Source: Alphaproteobacteria bacterium (lineage in GTDB: Bacteria; Pseudomonadota; Alphaproteobacteria; CACIAM-22H2). Taken from it: DNA of 64,000 nucleotides. The stretch's first letter is position 1. Each line of letters starts with the position of its first letter. The stretch covers positions 3,056 through 67,055 of the forward strand of contig DASWFO010000335.1 in the NCBI GenBank assembly GCA_036394195.1, in the 5' to 3' direction. Shown here in pieces: positions 24,101 through 31,860 of this stretch. The notes below the pieces were generated by a model, which was given only the letters and a program-made list of their open reading frames with translations, had not been told where the DNA came from and searched no databases. Both the position numbers and the translations under genes were made by a program.

Positions 24101-24397
24101 GCCTTCACGCTCGGCCCATGGCCGAACTACATCGCCATGGCGATGGCCGATATACGGCTGCGGGCGGGGCGGGCCGAGGAAGCGCTGCAGCTCGTGGATC
24201 AGACGCTGGTGGCCATGCGCGGTCCGGATCCCGGCTTCTACCTGCCGGAGTTACTGCGCATCGGCGACAACTGTCGCGCCCGGCTCGGCGGAAATCATTC
24301 GGACGATCCATCGGAAGCCGCAGCCGCGATCGGTGAGCTCCGCCGTCGCTACGAGGAGCGGATGGCCGCGCTCAAGGCAGCGACCGCCGCCGACTAG
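21185..24397 (+). CDS. Multidomain signalling protein: N-terminal SAM (sterile alpha motif) domain, class III adenylate/guanylate cyclase domain, STAND/AAA_16 P-loop NTPase, C-terminal TPR-like helical region (1070 aa)
   Basis: SAM-like residues 1-60 (LQDWLKQNGLEALATVLVANDIDLDILSDLTEQDLERLGLSLGQRRRLLKAI). Cyclase core ITVMFCDLVGSTELS...FLAKLMGDGVLAYFGFP...IGIATGLVVVGD. Walker A LVAGEAGIGKSRL, Walker B VLFLLEDAHWIDPST. About 500 aa of helical repeats at the C-terminus. Confidence 0.8.
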   Translation: MGELQDWLKQNGLEALATVLVANDIDLDILSDLTEQDLERLGLSLGQRRRLLKAIAGRAAASAAPPQRSAPAPSADAPAPREAERRQITVMFCDLVGSTELSARLDPEDMSRLIRAYQDACAGAIARFDGFLAKLMGDGVLAYFGFPQAHEDSAERAVRAALAIVAALPGLAAASGQRLHTRIGIATGLVVVGDIVGTGVAREQSIVGETPNLAARLQALASPDAILVSRTTHRLLGRIFDLDSVGTHALKGFAEPVAVWRIRGESAVGSRFAAARSEHRVPFVGREHEIGMLLDRWRLAASGEGQFVLVAGEAGIGKSRLIDAFRERCGDEPVFAGLQCSSHHANTALYPVIRYLELMAGFVGDDSPAVKLAKLRTLFVSPIGSEGSAGADTPVHLFAGLMSLPTDDCPAQSQEGISDLTPAQRRAATIAAFVDHIVRVARRQPVLFLLEDAHWIDPSTVELVAHLIDAIQSAPVLVVVTARPDFASPWTGRAHAGQLTLSRLGRAQCAEMVAAVAAAHAIPTDLRDDIVAKTDGVPLFVEELTKTILESAAPDRSAVPATLQDSLMARLDRLGEAKETAQIAAVIGRQFPQALLAAVAPLGGADLEAVLARLVQGEIVFPQRQALETSYVFKHALLRDAAYDSLLRARRQALHERIAKALEERFPTVAAAEPELLAYHYAAAGRADAAALAHERAADRAAARSAYAEAVAHLSAALEQTRKLPDHARRELTLLLKLNPALSIVKGLSSPEVMEPASRAYEIAQGLGDSPELFKATWNLWYALNMGRRRDEAQARAEELVALGQRLNDDDLFLEAIHCRWATALFRGDLAVAFADSREGVRRYDPARHHELGPAFGGHDPGVCAHCIQAQTLAAVGDVDHARHALKSGIALAEKLGHQHTLAHAYSLATFMHKQVGDPVATEEAARRMVQIAEKWNFPMHRAIGLFFLGWAQAVGSDFGAGLRQMEAEFEPAFTLGPWPNYIAMAMADIRLRAGRAEEALQLVDQTLVAMRGPDPGFYLPELLRIGDNCRARLGGNHSDDPSEAAAAIGELRRRYEERMAALKAATAAD

Positions 24398-24521
24398 ACC
24401 GGCGCAGGCGCTGTTGAATCCGCCGGCAAGAATTGGCTAGGACGTGCACTCACAAATCGAGATTGGTGAGCGGAGCCTAGCCTATCGGCTTTGCAACGGT
24501 CTGCGGACGGGCTTCGACGCC

Positions 24522-25325
24522 CTAACGTGGTCTTACGGGCTGTGGGGCGGCGATACGGCGACTACGCCTATCTGTTGTCCTGCCCGGCGTGTCTCCGGCG
24601 CCGCCTCGCTCGCTACCAGCGGATGCCGCATTCAGAGCGCGCATCGCCGCGGGAGCACCCTTAAGAAAGCGCGCGACAGCGGCTTTAACAACCGGACCAA
24701 GGTGATCGGGCGTCTTCATGTCATACACCCAACGCCGAACGGCCAAATAGAACAGTTCTCCGTGGAGACCCCAGGCTATTTCCAGTTCCTCCCTGGACAG
24801 GGCTGCCCCATCTGGCAGACCGGCGGCGCGTCTCAATTCAATCGCTAACGGTTCTATGACTCTCTTCTGTACGAGATCGAGGTAACGCTGACTTATGCCG
24901 ACCCCCTTCAGGCCGGCAAACACAAAGATTCGAACCCAGTCATAGCGGAAGATCGCCGCGAGGTAAGATTCGTAGAAATCAATCAGGCGCGCCTCAAGTG
25001 GCTTCGTCGGATCGCGGAGAACGGTCTCCCACTCGGGCTGCCAGCGATCGAGATACATTTCCTTGTAGACGCGTTCGATCAAGGCTTCCTTGGTCGGGAA
25101 ATAGCGGAACAAGTTCTGATGGGTGATACCAAGGCGCGTCGCCAAATCCCGAAGACCACCGTCGAAACCAACCTCGGCGAAAAAAGCGACAGCACCATCC
25201 ACAATCTCCCGCTCGCGATCCTCCGGATCCAAGCGGCGTCTGCGCTTGGGCGGAGGCCCATGCTCTGGCGCGTTCATCCCTCGACGACGCCGAGCTTTCG
25301 TCGATTTGCTTTTCTGTTGAGGCAT
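24522..25325 (-). CDS. TetR/AcrR-family transcriptional regulator
   Basis: HTH region IVDGAVAFFAEVGFDGGLRDLATRLGITHQNLFRYFPTKEAL. Start uncertain: TTG 25334, ATG 25325 or ATG 25277. Low-complexity C-terminal tail. Confidence 0.75.
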   Translation of the reverse strand: MPQQKSKSTKARRRRGMNAPEHGPPPKRRRRLDPEDREREIVDGAVAFFAEVGFDGGLRDLATRLGITHQNLFRYFPTKEALIERVYKEMYLDRWQPEWETVLRDPTKPLEARLIDFYESYLAAIFRYDWVRIFVFAGLKGVGISQRYLDLVQKRVIEPLAIELRRAAGLPDGAALSREELEIAWGLHGELFYLAVRRWVYDMKTPDHLGPVVKAAVARFLKGAPAAMRALNAASAGSERGGAGDTPGRTTDRRSRRIAAPQPVRPR

Positions 25326-25566
25326 CTGACCCAACCTGTCGTTCCAAATTTGTGATCACCATAAACCACTGATGACCGGGCGCCAATTAACATCGGCCAA
25401 GCCAGCCGCCGCTCGGGGTCTAGTGGACCGAACCAGAGTGGACCGAAGTGATCAGTGGAATCGGACAGGGGCGCTCTAGCCGACAGGGTGATCCCAAGGC
25501 GGCAGCCGACCGAGACTGGACCTATCCCCAAAAGGACTTTTTTTATCCGCTAGTCCTGCGAATTTA

Positions 25567-25674
25567 CTTACCGACCGGTAATTAGATTGACTCTGCGCTC
25601 CGTCGTATTTAGCTAGTTGCCGGTCGGTAATTAACGGCACATCACGCCCTGGTCACTAATTACCGAACGGTAAC
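25567..25674. promoter_or_regulatory. Three copies of the palindromic motif TTACCGNNCGGTAATTA in the TetR/hydrolase divergent intergenic region; probable TetR operator array
   Basis: cttaccgaccggtaatta (25567-25584), ttgccggtcggtaattaa (25617-25634) and, inverted, ctaattaccgaacggtaac (25656-25674), within 130 bp upstream of the hydrolase start 25701. Confidence 0.55.
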
Positions 25675-25700
25675 TATGTCAAAACAGAAAGAGCAAAGCT

Positions 25701-26609
25701 ATGCGACGCGATATCGAATTCAAATCCGAAGGCCTGACCCTGCGTGGATGGCTCTATGTGCCCGACGGGGCGAAGAAACCGGTGCCCACCGTGGTGATGG
25801 CGCACGGCTTTTCGTGCCTGAAGGAGATGTTTCTGGACAAGTACGCCGAGGTCTTCGTCAAGGATGGCCTCGCCGTCCTCGTCTATGACAACCGCAACTT
25901 CGGCGATAGCGACGGCGAGCTCCGCCTCGAAGTCGATCCGATGGCCCAGGTCCGGGACTACCAGAGCGCCATCTCCTTCGCCCAGACTCTGCCCGAGGTC
26001 GACAAGAACCGCATCGGCATCTGGGGCACGAGCTACACCGGCGGTCATGTTCTCATCGTCGCCGCCATCGACAAGCGCGTGAAGTGCGTCGTCTCGCAGG
26101 TGCCGGTCGTCTCCGGCGCCCGCAACATCCACCGTGCCGTTCGGGAAGACTTCATCCCGGAACTGCTCTCGCGCTTCTACGCCGATCGCGCGGCGCGCTT
26201 CGCCGGCAAGGCCCCCGCCATGGTGCCGGTCGTGTCGCGCTATCCGAACGAGGTCTGCGCCTTCCCCGGCACCAATGCCTTCGAGGCGTTCCAGGGCGCA
26301 CAGCAGACCATCGCGCCGACCTGGCGAAACGAGGTGACGCTGCGCTCGCTCGAACTGTTCATGGCGCATGAGACGATCGGCTATGTCGAGCAGATCGGCC
26401 CCGTTCCGTTGCTGATGATCGTCGAGGACGCCGACACGCTCGGCGCCGTCGACCAATCGCTCGACATCTACAATCGCGCGCATCAGCCGAAGAAACTCGT
26501 CCTCTTCCACGGCGGCCACTTCGACGCCTATGTGCGCGACCAGGCCGGGACGGCCCGCGCCGCCAGCGACTGGTACGTCGAGCACCTCATCATGGAGCCG
26601 ATGAACTGA
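25701..26609 (+). CDS. Alpha/beta-fold hydrolase (dienelactone-hydrolase/peptidase S15-like)
   Basis: 302 aa. Nucleophile elbow GTSYTGG. Divergent from the TetR regulator. Confidence 0.7.
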   Translation: MRRDIEFKSEGLTLRGWLYVPDGAKKPVPTVVMAHGFSCLKEMFLDKYAEVFVKDGLAVLVYDNRNFGDSDGELRLEVDPMAQVRDYQSAISFAQTLPEVDKNRIGIWGTSYTGGHVLIVAAIDKRVKCVVSQVPVVSGARNIHRAVREDFIPELLSRFYADRAARFAGKAPAMVPVVSRYPNEVCAFPGTNAFEAFQGAQQTIAPTWRNEVTLRSLELFMAHETIGYVEQIGPVPLLMIVEDADTLGAVDQSLDIYNRAHQPKKLVLFHGGHFDAYVRDQAGTARAASDWYVEHLIMEPMN

Positions 26610-26709
26610 CACCACGAAGGCGCATCGCCAGCCGGTGCGCCCCCTTCGATCCCTGGATCACGCCCGCCGCGACGTCGGATGAGGCGCACCTTCGAAAGGT
26701 TGCATCGAT

Positions 26710-27168
26710 ATGCTGACCGTCAATCTTGAAACCGCCCGGCGTGTCGTCGAAGGCGTTGAGGCCAAAGCCAAGTCGCTCGGCTGCTCGATGAACATCGCCG
26801 TCGTCGATGCCGGCGGCAATCTCGTCGCCCACGGCCGCATGGACAATGCCCGCATCGGCGCCATCGACATTGCCATCAACAAGGCCTGGTCGGCGCGCGC
26901 CTTCGACATGGAGACGGCCGAACTCGGTCGCTACAGCCAACCCGGCGGCCCGTTCTTCGGCATCCACGCCTCCAATGGCGGCCGCGTCATGCTCCTCGCC
27001 GGCGGCGTGCCGCTGCGCCGCGCTGATCGGATCATCGGCGCACTCGGCGTCAGCGGCGGGTCGGAGGAAGACGACTCCGGCGGCGCCCAGGCCGGCGTCG
27101 ACGCCATGATGTCAGAAGGGCTTGGGCTGAGTTTTTCCGTCAAACTCGATGGGAGTGAGTGCCGATGA
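26710..27168 (+). CDS. GlcG/HbpS-like (DUF336) heme-binding family protein
   Basis: NIAVVDAGGNLVAHGRMDNARIGAIDIAINKAWSARAF...GIHASNGGRV...GGVPL..IGALGVSGG is a GlcG-family signature. Confidence 0.75.
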   Translation: MLTVNLETARRVVEGVEAKAKSLGCSMNIAVVDAGGNLVAHGRMDNARIGAIDIAINKAWSARAFDMETAELGRYSQPGGPFFGIHASNGGRVMLLAGGVPLRRADRIIGALGVSGGSEEDDSGGAQAGVDAMMSEGLGLSFSVKLDGSECR

Positions 27169-29249
27169 GCCCGGCCGGATTTTGTTTGGCGGGAGCGCAT
27201 CGGCGGCGGATCTCCTGGCCGGATTCCGCGGAGCTCGCGAGCAGGATACGGTCCGCGGGCCCGGCGTTGCTGTTCGGCTTGCGCCTCTGGGCAGCGGTCT
27301 GCCTCGCGCTTTACGTCGCGTACTGGCTCGAGCTCGACAACGCGTACTGGGCCGGCTGGTCCGTGGCGATCGTCTGTCAGCCGAGCCTCGGCGCCTCGCT
27401 GCGCCAGGGCTCGTTCCGCATGGTCGGCACCGTAGTCGGCGCAGTGGCGATCGTCATCCTGACCGCGTGTTTCCCGCAGGACCGCACCGGTTTTCTCTTG
27501 GGCCTGGCGCTGTGGGGTGCTGCGTGCGGCTTTGTCGCCACAGTCCTGCGTAACTTCGCGCCTTACGGGGCCGCGCTGGCCGGCTATACCGCGGTGATCA
27601 TCGCGAGCGACGCGCTCGGCGCGACCGGGGGCGCGAGTAGCGAAGTGTTCATGCTTGCTATCACCCGCGCCAGCGAGATCTGCATCGGCATCGTTTGCGC
27701 GGGCGTCGTCCTCGCCGGGACAGACTTCGGCGGCGCGCGTCGGCGCCTCGCCACGCAACTCGCTGCCCTCGCCGTCGAGATCGCCGGTCGGTTGGGCGGC
27801 ACGTTCTCATTGATTGGCCCTGATCAGGCGGACACGCGGCCGGAGCGGCACGGCCTCGCCGCGCGGGTCGTCGCGCTGAGCCCGGTCATCGACGAGGCCA
27901 TCGGCGAGGCCTCCGACTTGCGCTGCCGCCTGCCGGCATTGCGGGCGGCCGTCAAGGGCCTGCTCGCCGCCTTGTCCGGCTGGCGCATTGTCGCCAATTG
28001 CCTTGAACGGCTGCGGGATGGCGAGGGAAGGAGGGAGGCGAACATCATTCTCCAAACCCTCCCGCAGGAGCTGCATTCACCGTCGGCGCCGGGGAGCTTA
28101 TCAAGCTGGATAAACGAGCCGTCCCACCTGCGTCGGGTGTGCCAGGCGGCGATACGAGCGCTCGTGGCTCTTTCGGCCGACACGCCGTCGCTCAGGCTGC
28201 TTGCGGACGGGACAGCCGAGGCGCTGCTCGGCCTCTCGCAAACGTTGGACGGCTTGACGCTGCTGGCCGATCCCGCTCACCCGGTTCCGCTTCGACGCGG
28301 CGCCCGGCCGCATCTACCCGATCTGCTTCCGGCTTGGATCAATGCGGCACGGGTCTTCGCGACGATTGGTGCCGTCGAGCTTTTCTGGGTCGCGACCGCC
28401 TGGCCCAACGGCGCCACGGCCATGACCGGTGCCGCTTTCGGCGTCATCCTGTTCTCGCCCCTAGAGGGTCAGGCCTTCGGAGGCTTCGGAGGCGCCAAGA
28501 TGTTCGCGCTGAGCATCATCGTCGCCGCGGTCCTGGCAGGACTCGTGCGCTTCGCGGTGCTGCCCGCAGCTGAGACGTTCGCCGGCTTCAGCATCGCCAT
28601 CGGTCTCGTTCTGGTGCCCTTGGGTGCGCTCTCCGCTCAGTCCCGGCGGGGCGCGATGTTCAGAACAATGGCGGTGCTCTTCGTTGTCCTCCTGGTGCCG
28701 ACGAACCAGATGACCTATGACACCGTTCAATTCTACAACTCAGCCGTCGCCTTCATTGCGGGCGTGTGTTGCGCGGCGGTGGCCATGCTCCTGGTGCCAC
28801 CGTTGTCGCCGACGGTGCGGGCCCGGCGAGTTCTTGCGTTCACGTTGCGTGAGCTTCGCCGCCTCGCCGCAGGCAGAATCCACCCACTCACCGCTGACTG
28901 GGAAGGCCGCGCCTACCACCGCATCTCCGGGTTATCGGCGCAGGTCGAACCGTCGCAGCTCGCACAAATCGTCGCGACGGTCTCGATAGGGACCGAGATC
29001 ATCCGCCTGCGCCGCATCGCGCGCCGCTTCGACGTCGGCTCCGATCTCGCTACGGCGCTCAACGCTGTGGCGCAGGGCGACAGCGGGGCAGCCATCCAGA
29101 GCCTTGCCCAGGTCGATCGCAGTCTCGCCGACCTCCCCGACGCCAGACAGGGTGCGACGGTGAAGCTTCGAGCCCGGGGCAGCATCCGCGCGATATCGGA
29201 GGCGCTGGCTCAACATCGTGGCTATTTCGATTCAGGAGAGCTGCGATGA
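27159..29249 (+). CDS. FUSC-family (fusaric acid resistance / AaeB-like aromatic carboxylate efflux) inner-membrane protein
   Basis: 696 aa. Two hydrophobic multi-helix bundles separated by a large cytoplasmic region, as in AaeB. Overlaps the GlcG stop by 10 nt. Confidence 0.8.
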   Translation: MPMSPAGFCLAGAHRRRISWPDSAELASRIRSAGPALLFGLRLWAAVCLALYVAYWLELDNAYWAGWSVAIVCQPSLGASLRQGSFRMVGTVVGAVAIVILTACFPQDRTGFLLGLALWGAACGFVATVLRNFAPYGAALAGYTAVIIASDALGATGGASSEVFMLAITRASEICIGIVCAGVVLAGTDFGGARRRLATQLAALAVEIAGRLGGTFSLIGPDQADTRPERHGLAARVVALSPVIDEAIGEASDLRCRLPALRAAVKGLLAALSGWRIVANCLERLRDGEGRREANIILQTLPQELHSPSAPGSLSSWINEPSHLRRVCQAAIRALVALSADTPSLRLLADGTAEALLGLSQTLDGLTLLADPAHPVPLRRGARPHLPDLLPAWINAARVFATIGAVELFWVATAWPNGATAMTGAAFGVILFSPLEGQAFGGFGGAKMFALSIIVAAVLAGLVRFAVLPAAETFAGFSIAIGLVLVPLGALSAQSRRGAMFRTMAVLFVVLLVPTNQMTYDTVQFYNSAVAFIAGVCCAAVAMLLVPPLSPTVRARRVLAFTLRELRRLAAGRIHPLTADWEGRAYHRISGLSAQVEPSQLAQIVATVSIGTEIIRLRRIARRFDVGSDLATALNAVAQGDSGAAIQSLAQVDRSLADLPDARQGATVKLRARGSIRAISEALAQHRGYFDSGELR

Positions 29250-29449
29250 GTTTCACGGAGATCGACCTGTTCGGCGTCTATGTTGCACCGATGTCGTTGA
29301 TGTTGGTCGCGGCGTGGCTGGTCCTGCTGCCGCTGCGGCGCTTCGCGGATCATTTCGGGCTGCTGCGCCAAGTGTGGCATCCAGCCCTGTTCTGGTTCGC
29401 GGTCTACACGTTCTTGCTTTCCGCAATCGTGCTCCTCGTCGCACGCTGA
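29246..29449 (+). CDS. DUF1656/AaeX-like small membrane protein
   Basis: 67 aa, two TM helices. Conserved VWHPALF motif as in E. coli AaeX. ATGA overlap with the FUSC stop. Confidence 0.7.
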   Translation: MSFTEIDLFGVYVAPMSLMLVAAWLVLLPLRRFADHFGLLRQVWHPALFWFAVYTFLLSAIVLLVAR

Positions 29450-29458
29450 GGCTCCACA

Positions 29459-30472
29459 ATGGCCAATCTCGAACGCAAATCGGAACACGTCGTCGCCAAA
29501 GGCGGGCTACCGCCTATCCGCTACGACAACGCGAGGCCCCGCATCCGGGCCGTTCCCGTTCTCACCACGCTCGGCGCGGTGGCGCTTGCCGCCTTCCTCG
29601 GCTGGGCGATGTGGCAGTCCTACATGGGGACGCCGTGGACCCGCGACGGCACCGTGCGCGCCTATGTCGTGACGATGGCACCCGAAGTGGCCGGACGGAT
29701 CGTCGAGCTACCCGTCGCCGACAACCAATTCGTGCACAAGGGTGACGTGCTGATGGTCATCGACCCCACGAACTACGCGATCGCCGTCCGGCAAGCGGAA
29801 GCGGCCGTCGAGCAGGCGAAGGCGGTCGCGCAGAATGCCCAGGCCCAGTCGCAGCGCCGGCAGAAACTGACGAACCTGTCGGTCTCGGACGAGGATAAGC
29901 AGACCTTCACCAGCCGGGCGCTGAGCGCCGACGCCGCCTATCAACAGGCAATCGCCAACCGTGACCAGGCCCGGGTGAACCTTGAGCGGACACGCATCGT
30001 TTCCCCGGTCAACGGCTACGTGACCAACCTGCTGGTGCGGCTCGGCGACTACGTCAATGTCGGGCAGAAGAGCATCTCCGTCGTCGACGCCGACTCCTTC
30101 TGGGTCGACGGCTATTTCGAGGAGACCAATCTTCGGCGAATCCGCGAGGGCGGCCCGGCGACGATCAAACTGATGGGTTACAGCCCAATCGTCCGCGGCC
30201 ACGTCGACAGCATTGCCCGCGGCATCAATGTCGCGAACGCACAACCGGACTCCGCAGGGCTCGCGTCGGTGAATCCAATCTTCACCTGGGTCCGCCTTGC
30301 GCAGCGCGTGCCGGTGCGCATCCACATCGACGACGTCCCACAGGGCGTGCGACTCGTGGCTGGAATGACCGCCACGGTACAGATCGAGGACACGACGTCT
30401 CTGATGCCCTCGTTGGCCAAGCAAGAACTACCTCACGAGGAGAAAACGGCAGCCGTCGGAAACCGCCGCTAG
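29459..30472 (+). CDS. HlyD-family periplasmic adaptor (AaeA-like efflux membrane fusion protein)
   Basis: 337 aa. N-terminal TM anchor, biotinyl-lipoyl-like hairpin (VVTMAPEVAGRIVELPVADNQFVHKGDVLMVIDP), coiled coil, beta-barrel. Confidence 0.8.
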   Translation: MANLERKSEHVVAKGGLPPIRYDNARPRIRAVPVLTTLGAVALAAFLGWAMWQSYMGTPWTRDGTVRAYVVTMAPEVAGRIVELPVADNQFVHKGDVLMVIDPTNYAIAVRQAEAAVEQAKAVAQNAQAQSQRRQKLTNLSVSDEDKQTFTSRALSADAAYQQAIANRDQARVNLERTRIVSPVNGYVTNLLVRLGDYVNVGQKSISVVDADSFWVDGYFEETNLRRIREGGPATIKLMGYSPIVRGHVDSIARGINVANAQPDSAGLASVNPIFTWVRLAQRVPVRIHIDDVPQGVRLVAGMTATVQIEDTTSLMPSLAKQELPHEEKTAAVGNRR

Positions 30473-30596
30473 TCGCGCCGACCCACTCGTACACGCCAAC
30501 CCACTCATGCACATGGGGCGTCGATCCCGTCGCCAGCGCCCCCCGTGCGGCCTCCAACCCTGGCGACGGGATAACTCGTAACCTAGGAGATATGAC

Positions 30597-30833
30597 ATGC
30601 CACTGCTTCGCTTCGACGTGATTGAAGGACGAGACGAGAAGTCCATCACGAAACTGCTGCCTCAAAGCGACGCCCCCATGCGTCTCATTGCCTTCATCCT
30701 GTTCTCCGGGATTGCCCTGGCCTCCATGTCGGCCTGCGCCCCCGTGTCAGGCAATACCGGCACCCTTGGACCGACGGGCGTGAACACCACCGAATGTCCC
30801 ACGCTCGAGGGTTACCCCGACTGCCAGCCCTAG
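30597..30833 (+). CDS. Small protein (78 aa): N-terminus resembles 4-oxalocrotonate tautomerase family (MPLLRFDVIEGRDEKSI...DAP); the remainder looks like a lipoprotein-type signal/Cys-rich tail
   Basis: AGGAGA RBS 8 nt upstream of ATG 30597. Compare 4-OT MPIAQIHILEGRSDEQK...LDAP. Internal MRLIAFILFSGIALASMSACAP resembles a lipobox. Confidence 0.4.
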   Translation: MPLLRFDVIEGRDEKSITKLLPQSDAPMRLIAFILFSGIALASMSACAPVSGNTGTLGPTGVNTTECPTLEGYPDCQP

Positions 30834-31011
30834 GGCGATGCGCCGTGAACCGCGCATTCAAGCTATTGGCCCCACGGTTCGCGGCGCCTGCCTAAGTTTC
30901 GCGCGCTGCCGAGTTCGAGCGGCGCAAATTTAATCGCGCCGCCCATTCCACCCGCAGAACCGCCGCGTTTCGCCGCGCCAGGGGTCGGTTTTCCGCCGCC
31001 GCTCGGTTGGC

Positions 31012-31860
31012 ATGGATTCTGCGACGAAGACCGGTCTTTCCCTAGGCACACTCAGCACTTTGGTCGGCATGGCGAAGCGATATCCAAAGATCGAGTTACG
31101 CAGCATTGCGCAGCATTTCGTCGGCGTCGACGGATCGCGGGTCGAGGCGCTGGCTCCGGTGTCGCTGGGGATCGAGCCGGGCCGTTTCGTGACGCTCATC
31201 GGCCCGTCGGGCTGCGGCAAGACGACCATCTTCAACATCATCGCCGGGCTGCAGGACCCGTCGGCGGGCGTCGTGGTTCTTGACGGCCAGGACGCGACCG
31301 GCATGGTCGGCCAGGTCGGCTACATGCTGCAAAAGGACTTGCTGTTTCCGTGGCGCACCGTCCTCGACAATGTCGTGCTCGGTCTCGAGGTGCGCGGCGT
31401 CGGTCGCCGTCAGGCCCGCGACTACGCACTGCCGTACCTCTATAAGTACGGTCTCGGCGGCTTCGAGCGCCAATATCCGAACGCGCTCTCCGGCGGCATG
31501 CGGCAGCGCGCCGCCTTGTTGCGGACACTGCTGTTCGACAGCGAGGTCATCCTCCTCGACGAGCCGTTCGGGGCGCTCGATGCGCAGACCCGCGCCCGCA
31601 TGCAGGAATGGCTCCTCCAGCTGTGGCAGGACTTCCGCAAGACGGTGCTGTTCGTGACGCACGACGTGGAGGAGGCCGTTTACCTCTCGGACGAGATTTA
31701 CGTCATGTCGCCGCGCCCTGGCCGCATCGTGGCCCATCTCGAGGTGCCGCTGCCCCGGCCGCGCCCGCGCCAAGTCGTGCTGGACGCGGAGTTCATCCGC
31801 ATCAAGGAGACATGCCTGGCGCAGCTCGGACATGACCCAGCCTCCGCGCAAGCCGCCTGA
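31012..31860 (+). CDS. ABC transporter ATP-binding protein, NitT/TauT (nitrate/sulfonate/bicarbonate) family
   Basis: Walker A GPSGCGKTT, signature LSGGMRQRAAL, Walker B ILLDEPFGALD. Start may be ATG 31069. Confidence 0.85.
   Translation: MDSATKTGLSLGTLSTLVGMAKRYPKIELRSIAQHFVGVDGSRVEALAPVSLGIEPGRFVTLIGPSGCGKTTIFNIIAGLQDPSAGVVVLDGQDATGMVGQVGYMLQKDLLFPWRTVLDNVVLGLEVRGVGRRQARDYALPYLYKYGLGGFERQYPNALSGGMRQRAALLRTLLFDSEVILLDEPFGALDAQTRARMQEWLLQLWQDFRKTVLFVTHDVEEAVYLSDEIYVMSPRPGRIVAHLEVPLPRPRPRQVVLDAEFIRIKETCLAQLGHDPASAQAA

Noticed and set aside
24444-24848. 134-aa plus-strand ORF
   Set aside because: Overlaps the TetR regulator gene on the opposite strand. No RBS or family.
24880-24960. tRNA-like TTCGAACCC string
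   Set aside because: Lies inside the TetR coding frame. No cloverleaf or acceptor stem can be drawn. No tRNA genes were found in the window.
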